Shown here: one piece after another, positions 22,856 through 33,100 of the stretch | Layout: the number at the start of each line of letters is the position of its first letter | How positions within the stretch are numbered: position 1 is the first letter of the stretch | NCBI GenBank assembly: GCA_001724265.1 | Contig: MEDY01000306.1 | Coordinates: forward strand, 1 to 37,562 | Source of the DNA: Rhizaria sp. SCN 62-66 | Taxonomy: Eukaryota | Direction: 5' to 3' | DNA: 37,562 nucleotides | The notes under the pieces: generated by a model | Seen by the model: only the letters and a program-made list of their open reading frames with translations | Databases searched by the model: none | What the model was told of the DNA's origin: nothing | Translations under genes and position numbers: made by a program

Positions 22856-25800
22856 TTAACGGCGCATCTTGTTGCCGCCGCCGACCGCTGCCGCGGCCGC
22901 CGCTGCCGCGGCCGCCGCGTTGGAGGCAGCATGGCGGGTCAGCGGTGCGTCGATTGGGCAGCGCGGCTTCATACCGTGGCCGACCAGTCCCTGCTGCGCG
23001 AGACAGCTGTAGTGGTACGAGTGACCGCAGCCGAAGACGGTGACGTCGCCGTTGACGCTGAGGTTGGGCGCGCTCTTGGTCTTGTTGGTCACGGCGGCAG
23101 CGGCTGCGGCAGCGGCGGCGCTGGCGCTGTTGCTGCTTGTAGTGAAGCCGACGAGCTTGCGGTCGCAGAGCCCGCAGCGGCTATTGGCGGTGACGGCCAC
23201 GGCGCGGCTCTGGCGCCGCAGCAGCCTGCGCGTGGAGGTGACGATGTCGGCCTGCAACAGGCGGCGGCAGCCGACGTGGACGTCGATCTGCGACCGCGTT
23301 TCGCGCAGCACGTGCAGCAGGTGCGTCTTGAGGTCAGGGACCTGCAGCGATCCGGGGATGGCGTCGATCAGCTGCAGCGCGTTGGCGTCATGGGATCCCA
23401 CGCGGGAGAGCAAGGACGCCAAGATGGGCGGGTTTGTGATGGCGCGCGAGATGAGCTCGCTCCAGAGCCCGTCGTCCTTGTGCTCCTCGACGAGCGCAAG
23501 CGCGGCGTCTACGTCGCCCAGGTCGTCGACCAGGATCGCCAGCGCGCGCTGCGTGTTGCCCATGCGCCGCAGGAGGAACACCGTGGCCTCGTGGATCTTA
23601 TACTCGTCGGCGACCACGAGCGCCTCTTCCAGGATGTACGAGTTGGAGTTGCGGAGAAAGTAAAGCAGCTTCCCGGGGTCGAAGCGCGCGTACAACCGCA
23701 CCTGCTTCTTGTGGAAGCTCATGCCGGCGGCGGGGTCGGCACGGAAGAGCGCGTGCAAGTACTCGTGCAACAGGCGCGGGTGGCGCTGGAGCTGGTAAAC
23801 GACCTCGTCGACCGTGATCGACTTGCGGTGATCCAGCAGCATCGCGATCGTCTTGCGCGGGTCGAAGAGTGCGAGGGTGAGCACGCGCTTGCGCACGACG
23901 TCGAACAAGTTCAGCCGCTCGATGAGCTCGAAGACGTCGTCGCGGCCCGCGTCGAGCGACACGGACAGCGCGTCGGAGAAGCGGTCCGCGGCAATCAGCA
24001 GTTCGCTGAGGATCTCCAGCAGCATGCGGATGCGGACGGGGATCGGAGGCAGACTGGTGGCCAGAGACTCGAGCGGCTCTGTCACCGCGAGCGCGTTGCT
24101 GCTGATGTTGCTGTGGTGTGAGCCGTCGTGGTGGGCCGCCGCGGAGGACTCAGCGACGTAGTTGCCCACGAGGTACGCGCTGCTGCTGTTGTTCGCGCTC
24201 AAGTTCGCGCTCGCGGCCGCGTTGCCGGCGGTGTCGGCGGCGCTGCTGGCAATGGTGGGGCGCGAGCGGGCGACGAGGCCGGAGAAGTTGGCCCAGGCCT
24301 TGTCCAGCGTCGCACTGCTGCTGTTGTTGTTGTTGCCGTCGCCCTGCTTGCCCACGGCGCCGCCAGCGCCGGCATTGGCCGCGCTGGAGCCAGCGGCCGA
24401 GCCGCCGCTGCCGCTGCCGCCGCTGCTGCTGGGGTTGTTGGCGACCGCGGCGGCCGTGCCGGGCCCTTCGAACCCCTCGGCCTTGACCTTTGCCGCGACG
24501 GCCTCCGTCATCTCGGCCACGTTGTAAGTCGACGGTGACCAGAGCCGCACCAGCTCGAGCAGCAGCGGCAGGTCACCCTCGTCGAGCAGCCCGCGCAGCA
24601 GCTGCGTGACCGCAGCCGCGGGCAGTACGGCGTCGCGGCGCTTGGCCATCGTGAGCGGGACCGAGGCCGAGGACATCATGCCGTCGGCGGCCGCGGCGAC
24701 GGCGGCGGCGGCGTGCGCCTTGGCCGACGCCTCTTCGCTCGTGGTGAGCGGCTTGGGGATATACGGCGCGAGCGCGCGCGCTTGGTGGAAGGAAACGAAG
24801 CGCGCCACCCAGGCCACCCACTGCTCGACGTCGTTGCCGAGGACGCGGGGACACAACGCCGCACAGGCCGCGAAGTCGCGCACTTCGATCAGGTGCAGAA
24901 GGAACTTGTGGCCGATGTCAGTGACCGTAAGCGTGGTGAGCTGGTGCTGGCCCACGGTCGCCGTGTCGAGCGCCTCTTTGTACCGGCCCAGCGTCATCAG
25001 CCACGTGATGTGGTCGTCCAGGGACCGCGGGCGCGCCAGAATGATGTCCTTGGGGGAGACGATGTAGAACAGAGGCTCGTCGAGGCCGGGCAGGTAGACG
25101 AGGTTGTAGTCGCGGGGGCGGCAGAGCTCGTAGCCGTTGATGTCCAGGGCGTCGCTAGAGACGGGAGTGTTCTGATACGTCACGACGCGGATGTCGGGGC
25201 GCGACGGTGGACCCTGAGGATTTAGGAAAACAAGACAAGATATCAACGAATAAAAGAAGAGTTCGAGAAGAAATATGCGAAAATATAAATATAAATAATA
25301 TATCAAACATAATTCACGAGTATTTGTTGCAAGAGCAAACGTACCTGAGGTCCGTCGTCGCCCTCGATGTATGCGAGGAGCACGAGGTTGCCCTTGAAGG
25401 GCGCGATACCGCAAATGATATAGTCGGTCTGAAACATCGCGATGATCTGCATGTGGCGGTTCCCGGGCACTTTCTCTCCCTTGGCCGTGGGCCTGCGCTG
25501 CTTGATCTGCCCGACCTTGACCCAGTCGCCCCAGCCGATGAAGAGCATGTCGTCCTGCGCCCAGTTAAGGTGGCACGGCGTCTGCGCCCACGTCCCCACG
25601 CCCTTGGGCTTGCCCACAAACGAGATGCGCTCGGGGATCGTGTGGTCGATGACCTTGACGCCTGTGTCGTTGGCCCACGCCACCAGGTCGCCGCCCGCGC
25701 CAGAGCCCGCGGACCATGCGATGGCCTGCACCGGGCCTTCGCCTTCGTGCAGCACCGTGTCCTTGGGTCCAAACCAGCCCTTGGTGGAGATGATGAACTG

Positions 25801-26388
25801 CCCCGCCAGCCCGCCAAGCGCGATGCTCTGCGCGGCCTTGTACCGCGGGGCGAGCGCCACCGTCTTGACCGGCCGGTTGTAGCTCAGCCGCGTCTGTTCC
25901 TTGCTGTAGAGATTGGTCACCACGACGGAGCCGTCGTCGGAGCAGGACGCCACGAAGTCGCCCGAGACGTCGGCCGAGACCTGGTTGATCTGCCCCGCGT
26001 GCGACTGAATGCGCAGCACTTCGTTGCCGTTAAGATCGAGCTGATGCAAGCAGCCGGAGCTAGTGCCCATGACGAGGAACTTGTCGTGCACTGTGAGGCA
26101 CCTCGCCGAGTCCTTCTGCAAGATCTGCGGCACGCGCGCGCCAATGCGCTGGTACTTGAGCAGGGGCTCGCGATACTCGTCGTCCTCGTCCTCCTCTTCG
26201 TCCTCATCGTCGTCGTCGTGCACGTCGCCGTCGTCGACGTCGCCGTTGCCGTTGGCGTGAGCCCCCGCGCCGCTGTGCGAGGACACGCCGACGCCGCCGC
26301 CGGCAGCGCTGTTGTCGTCGGCGAGCGCAGGCAGAGCCGCGTCGTCGTTGTCGTCGTCGAGAGGCAGTAAGTCGTCGTCGTCGGCGGC

Positions 26389-26419
<31 letters not shown>

Positions 26420-27273
26420 CGCGTACTGCCAACGGTATTCGCGTTGCTAGCGTTGGCGGGGCCAGCAGAAGCGACGAAGGTGAGGCCGGACGCAGTGGCG
26501 ACCGAGGCCGCCGCCGTCATCGTGCTGCTGCTGCTGGCATAGCTCGCGGCGCTAGGAGCGATTGTGTTCGCGTTGTTGGCGTTAGGACGAGCGTTGTTGT
26601 TGTTATTATTGCCGTTGCGGAGAAGGATTCCAGGCGAAAAGACAACGCCCGCGCCAACATTAGCGGCCATATTCGCATTTGTAGCATTTGCAGCACTGCC
26701 AGTGCTAGCGCTAGCACTGGCAGTGCTGGACGAGGAGGGTAGGAAAAGACGTTGGTGGTCAGCAAGCACGCGCGTGCCGTCGCCAGCAAGACCGGGGGCA
26801 GGCAGCGGGCCGTGCGCCCTCTGCTGCTGCTGCTGTTGCTGTTGTTGCTGTTGTTGTTGCTGTTGCTGCGACTGGAGCTGCTGGAGGCCTGTGACACGCG
26901 TCATTGCAGCAGCGTCATTGTTTGCGTCATTCAAGCGGTGATTGTCGTTGAAAGTGGTGACTTTGACGTCAATCATGCGACCGTTGTCGTCATCGTCATC
27001 GTTGTTCTCCGCGTACTGATCTTTGTTGATGTCGTCGTAGTAGTCGTCGCCGTTAGCATCGTCGCCACCACCAGCAAGCGCGTTGGTGCTCCCGAGCAAA
27101 GGTGAGCTACCGTTCATCATAGCACCGGCGGGCTGTGGAGAAGACGACGAAGACGGCGCAAAGCCAGCGGCAGCGCCATCAGCCGAGTTACTGAAGCCAG
27201 CAGTCGAGGCGTTGTCACTAGTGTATGTGAAGCGTGAGCCGCCGCCTGGAGGCACGCTCGCGGGGTTAGACAT
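22856..27273 (-). CDS. VPS41: HOPS subunit VPS41; exons 27273-25345 and 25213-22856 (1428 aa)
   Basis: An acidic tract is followed by EPLLKYQRI and a WD40 region (ASCSDDGSV, LVAWANDTGVKV). Then come FYIVSPKDIILARPRSLDDHITWL, a clathrin-repeat region (LHEYLHALF..LLRRMGN), and a C-terminal RING-H2 (CGLC..CGHSYHYSC..CPID). A phase-0 intron lies at 25214-25344. Confidence 0.95.
26821..26868 (-). repeat. CAG/CAA microsatellite encoding a Q16 tract in the VPS41 N-terminal extension
   Basis: Run of ctg/ttg triplets on the + strand. Confidence 0.9.
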
Positions 27274-28488
27274 AGAGCTGGGACTGAGCTTGATAGAGCA
27301 AGCTCAGGCTAGGCAGCAAAAATAACAACGGATCAAGCCTTTCACAGACTTTCAGGTAGATTACAGACAATGTGAGAGAAACTTTGGAGGGTGAAGAAGG
27401 TTCTGCAGGTGGGGAGCGAGAGGGGCAGAGCGCGGAGATTCGATGAGGATAATCCGAAGAGCAACATTCGTATTTAAAGATCAACGATTGATACCATGCA
27501 TTTGCAATCGGTATAAAGCCACGGAAACTATTGGAAAGAAGTTAAACGATGGAAAAGTTGTGAGATTTAGGCTGCAAGATGGGAAGACGTCGGCTGGGCT
27601 CACGACTGCTGGCTGCACGATTTTTTCAGAACCGACGATTCCTGGTGCAACCTAAATACTTCGTAATGTACGAAGTTTCAAGTTGATACACGTTTGGAGT
27701 CGTCGTTTCAACATGCCACTCCTGCTTTTTGAAATGAGAGCAAATATATCACAACACTGTCCACTCCCAGCGAACGATTCTTTCCTATATACCCCCTTTT
27801 CACGTCGTCACTGCACTTTCTTCTTGGGCTGGGCTCAACTGCCGGGATATTCCCGTGCATGCCAGGCTGCGATAATTCTTATACAGTGTGAATACAGCTC
27901 GTACGAAAGCATATTGTCATATGAACTGACTTTGAACATCTTCTGCTGTGTAGTTTTGTGGAGCTATCACCATTGATATCAGCTCTAGACCCAAAGTTAA
28001 GTAACGATCGTATTTTAAAATGCATTACATCTCTCATTCTATTGGATTAACTTGCATTAACATTTATTAGACTGATATATGCTTTGATAACATTCCAACC
28101 ACAAACAAGTTTCTGTCGAGATATTGGGTTGTGGCAGGCGAGTGGCGAATTTGTGGCCAGCCCTGCACACGGTCGCTTCGTACCCTCAATTGTGGCACCA
28201 AATAAGAGTTGCATATACACAACCATGCTAATGCATAACTAGATTTTAAGAAGCTTATATAACATAAAAACCAAGTTAATGCATTATTCCTTTTTGGAAT
28301 AACTTATTTCGTGCAATTTCATCTGCATTTTGGAGAGCGAATAATGGAGTTCGCGAACGCACTTTGAGCCACCTTGGTTTCGTTGCATACTGCCTTAATT
28401 CATCATCACTTAAGCGCTCATTTTGAATATTTCATGTCTTTTCTGTACCTTAATTTATCGCACACAGTTCACTTTCCAAACCTACACA

Positions 28489-29271
28489 ATGGGCAACTGC
28501 GTTTCCAATGACAATGTCAAGGCCGACTCGGCCGCCACCAACAAGCCTGCGGCCAAGCCCGCGGCCGCCGCGGACAACAAGTCCGTTGAGACCAAGGCCG
28601 TCGTTGTTCAGGCTGAGGAGTCCCCCGCTGCCGTTGCTAAGCCTGCTGCCGAGGCGACCGCCGCGGTTGTCGCTGCTCAGCTCTCTGCCCTCTCCGAGGC
28701 CGACCTGAACAAGCTCTACACCAACGCTCGCACCTACCACTCCTTCGACGAGTCATTCAAGCTCTCCGACGATGACTGCAAGGCGCTCTACGACGTCATC
28801 AAGCTTGCTCCGCAGGCCTTTAACTGCTCCGCCGCGCGCTTCTTCTTCGTCAAGTCGTCTGAGCAGCGCGAGAAGCTCTTCTCCACGCTCATGCCCGGCA
28901 ACATCCCCCAGTCTCGCCAGGCGTCGCTGAACCTCATCGTGGCCACCGACTACGGCTTCGTCAAGCACCTGCCGCAGCTTTCCCCGGCCTACGACGCCAA
29001 GGCGCTGTTCGACGCTAACCCGGGTCTCGTGGCCCCCACGGCCGTGCTCAACTCAAGTCTCGCCGTCGGCTACGCCATCCTCGCTGCGCGCGCGCTCGGC
29101 TACGACGTCGGGCCCATGGCCGGCTTCGACAACGCCGCCATGGACAAGGCGTTCTTTGACGGCACCGAGCTTAAGAGCGTCGTTGTCATCAACATCGGCA
29201 AGGGTACCGAGGCCGGGCTGTATCCCCGCGCGCCCCGTCTCGGCTTCACCGATGCCTGCAAGATCCTCTAA
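28489..29271 (+). CDS. rutE: RutE/YcdI-like FMN nitroreductase (malonic semialdehyde reductase family) with an N-terminal acylation extension (260 aa)
   Basis: LYTNARTY, NCSAARF, NSSLAVGYAILAARALGYDVGPMAGFD, FFDGTELKS..INIGKG and LYPRAPRLGFTDACKIL align end to end with E. coli RutE as I recall it. The CDS is intronless and starts MGNCVS. Confidence 0.88.
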   Translation: MGNCVSNDNVKADSAATNKPAAKPAAAADNKSVETKAVVVQAEESPAAVAKPAAEATAAVVAAQLSALSEADLNKLYTNARTYHSFDESFKLSDDDCKALYDVIKLAPQAFNCSAARFFFVKSSEQREKLFSTLMPGNIPQSRQASLNLIVATDYGFVKHLPQLSPAYDAKALFDANPGLVAPTAVLNSSLAVGYAILAARALGYDVGPMAGFDNAAMDKAFFDGTELKSVVVINIGKGTEAGLYPRAPRLGFTDACKIL

Positions 29272-30161
29272 GCGAGCTGCCGCTCTCTGAGCAGTATCGC
29301 AGCAGTGCGCGGCGTCTAAGCGCATCGATATCATACCATGCGCTCGCGTGTGTTGTCTCTCCCCGTGTTTTACTTTCAGAACACTGGAAGCGACTGCGGC
29401 GAGCCTGTGAGGGCTTAGACAGCAGATGCATTTTTCATTTTTTGTTGATGATGAACTTTTGCCAAACAAACATCGATCTAACGCGGTGGCGGAGTGAGTT
29501 GTTTTTGAAACGACCTTGCGCACCTGAGTTGGTCAACTTTAACGGAGTAGCATACCCCAATAATCTAGAATGACTTGAATGTGATGATGTGTACGATATA
29601 GTAGAGGCTGTTTCATGATAACAGTTTCCATACTTGGTACGATCGCCTTACCTTGTTGTTTGTGGTGAAATGCGAGGATATATACGCACGTTTGCATAAC
29701 ATCTATTTGATATTGCCTTTTGCGTTTGTTTCTTTTTCTTTTTTCTTCCTAAGCATACACACACAACCGTTTTATGTACACTGGACTACGTACAGTCCAT
29801 ACTATGTATTCTGCCACTCAGCGCATTTGTCAATATTGGACAGCTCATGAAGCGTGTCGAATTAGTTTTAACCGGCATGAATGCGCGGCTGCTACCGTAG
29901 AACGATTCACTTCCGTCTCTTTATTCGTATCGATCGCAGTCACCGTCTCTTCTTCGTAACGGCGCTTAAGTCAGGCAAGCCTGTGGTCACGCATTCTTTT
30001 TCAAGTTGCAGGCGGGTCAAGGCGAAACTTGCTAGGTGGTATATAGCGTCTTCTAATCATCTATTTTGATTTATCGGGTTTGATCAAGTGATCTTCGCCT
30101 TTCTAAATCCTAGCGCTTGAAGTGCCTTTCATAATTACAGCGATACCAGCCGCTCTGACCC

Positions 30162-33100
30162 ATGCACTTGCCGCTTGACGTCACTGTTGCTGACCCCAAC
30201 GTCACACCAGCATACGACGCTCAATGTGTTGCATTTGCCGCATATGGTAACAGCTTGTTAGGATTTTCCACCGGCACACTTGACGGCGTGCCTCCGGACG
30301 CGCGTTTCATTTGGTTTATTCAGTTCCTCCTCGCTGCAATCGTCACGGTACGTTTCTCTCGATCTACGTTGCAAGATACTCGCACCCAGTTCTGTTCATG
30401 TGACATTACTCTACACAAGTCCTTGTCCAATATTGTTCACATCTATTTCATTTTTAACTTGTAATTGCTTCTTAGAGTGTGCTCTTGGTGTGTCTCGTGC
30501 TTGTTCAAGTGCGCCTGCGCAAGTTCCAGTCTAGGCCGTGTGACCACTCTGCTCCTGCCAACACCTCTGCAGCCAGTTCGACAGGTGCAGTTGCAGCGTC
30601 AGCGCCAACCGAGACAGCAGTTACTCTGTGCCGACCGCACACCTTCCTCGCCCACGCGCTCGCGACCCTGCGCACATTTCGTCTCTTTCTGCTCTTTTTA
30701 TTGGTCCTATCCACGCTTCGCTCGGCGGCACTCGGACTGATATCGCTTGCGCCCGTGTCCCTCGCCCGTCTCCCGCCGGCGTGGCGTTCCCCTGCCTCTG
30801 CCCCAACTGACACTAGCCAGTCAACGCTGGGCACGGTCGTCTCGGCGGCTGCGGCGGCGCTGGCGTCGCCGGCCGTTGCGCTGACGCTCGCGGCGGCGGT
30901 TGCGGCGGTGCTTGTCGCTGCAATTGTCAAGAGGACCAGCGCCGACTACGCGGTCGCAGTGCTTGGTCCGACGCCACAGGTACTTGAATCTGCTACCGTG
31001 ACACCGCACGCGAGCGCAAGTGCGATACAGCATTAGCGCAGGCACAAGTGCGAGCACGATCACACGCATTTTGCCAATCAGGAACAAGAGCAAGAACAGG
31101 TGTTGCTTTTAGAGCAGCAGCTCTTGCAACAGCAGCGGGAGCAATTTGAGCAACACCAGCAGTATCAGCTGTCACTGCTATCGGAGTCGTCGCGAGCGCT
31201 AGGCTTCGCAGTCTCGCAGCCACGGCCGACAGCGCAGACAGGCAATCATTCACAGCAGCAACGCCTAAGCAACAGCTATCTGCTCACAGTCTCCGGTCGG
31301 CCACGTAGGCCAGCAGCGCCATCGGCCACAAGCGCAACAGAAGGAGCTGTGACACCGACGAGGACGAGTGGCTGCTGCTGTCGCGGCCGCCTCAGCGGGC
31401 GCGGCAGCCGCCGCGGCCGCGTTTGCGTTTGGGCTGCGTGCTCCGCTGTGACTGCACTTGCACTCACCGCAACCACGGTCGCGGTTGTGTGGGCGGAGAC
31501 TGTTTCGAGCCCGCAGTCAGTCTCCGGGTCCTTGACTCATGGAGACCGACAGTCGCAGTCAGTGCCGCGGTCACTTACGGCTGCAACAGTAAGGTACGTA
31601 GATCATCATAATACGTCGAGTTTCATGGACACACTACGGATTGATACGTCTCGAAATATGGTGACATATTAGTTTAAACCATATAGCCACTCCGCCGATC
31701 TGTTCTCTGATCTTGTTTCGAATTTTATTTCCGTTGCCTTTGTTCTTGTCACCACAGCGTGCATTGGAGAGACCTCCTCCGCTTCTGGCCCCTGCTTCTC
31801 AGCGCTGCAAGCGGCCTGATAAGCGCGCTTGCGCTCTGGGCCGCTGCCGCAGCAGCCACAGCGGCCGCCCCAGCTACAGCGGCAACGTCAACAACACCGG
31901 CAAATACTGTGAATGCGCCGGCTGCGTTCCGCCGTCTTGGCGAGGGTGGCAGTCTCGATGATACTGCGGCCGACAACGGCGACGACGGCCACGAGGCAAC
32001 AGCGAGCGCTCTCTCTGGCGCCGGCGCCGACGCCTATTCCGACACCGGCGCCAATGCGTATAGTCCGCTGGCCTCGTTGGCACCGGCACAGACCTCACGC
32101 GCAGGCACGCTTGCTAGCAACTGCAGTAAGGTTTACGCTAGCGCCGGTGCCACTTCCGCTGCGGTTAGCCAAGGCTTAGAGCCGCTCGCCATTCCGCGCT
32201 CGCGGCCACGCGCTCCGAACGCACAGGTGACGGGCTACTATGACTACCGCGACAGCTACCGCACTCGCGCTGGTCTGAGCAACGACACGGTTTCACGGAA
32301 GAGTGGAACTGCTGGCACAGCATTGACCGCAAGCCAGCCACTGCTGCATCCTCTGCCGCCGCCCCCACCGCCACCTCGGCCACCGACGCCAAGCGCGTTA
32401 TCAGCGCAACACAGGAGCGCTACAGCGAACCTGCTTGCTGCTGCAGATGTTAGTGACCCGGTGTCCGAACCCATGAGTGCGGATTGCTCTACATCTTCTA
32501 GTGATGTAATCACGAGTGTGTCGGAGCGTGTTGCCGACACCGTTGGACGCTATGATAGCCGGCACTGTGTTGACATTAAACTTGAGCCGCAATGTGCAGA
32601 TGTTAAGTCAAATACGACCAAGACTGCGCTGCATCATACAAGCGCACAGTCACCGCAATCCGAAGCAACGACAAAGCGCGATGTAACGTTGCCGGACGAC
32701 GACTGCGAGTTTGATGATGATAACGACGAGAACGAGAACACACAGTTCAAGTCTAATTCCGTCAGGCATCCTCACGGCAACACCAGCGCTCGCGGTGGCA
32801 GCAAGCACACGACTCAGTGCAGCAAACGCACACACGGCAGAACGAGCGCTGGGTTGAAGACTGTGACAACGAAGCCTAGGAGTCCTGCAGCGCGTAGCAC
32901 CTTAGCTGTTGAGCCCGCTGGGCCCGTGACTGCCGAGGCTACATCCGCGACTGTGATCCCGGCTGCCGCATGTGTCGGCAATACTGCAGTCATGTGTACC
33001 CAAGAAACGGAAAACGGTTCAATTCCAGCGGAGGCGTTGGATGATGTCGGCAGCATTGTTCCTGCACCTATCGGCGCTTCCGCATGTTCCCGCGATGAAG

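Noticed and set aside
22847..26370. Plus-strand ORFs of 424 and 387 aa over VPS41
   Set aside because: Antisense shadows of a confidently identified gene.
28095..28200. Three TTGTGGC motifs and a hAT-like end TGGCCAGCCCTG upstream of rutE
   Set aside because: No partner TIR or target-site duplication was found, and the motifs are too short to call.
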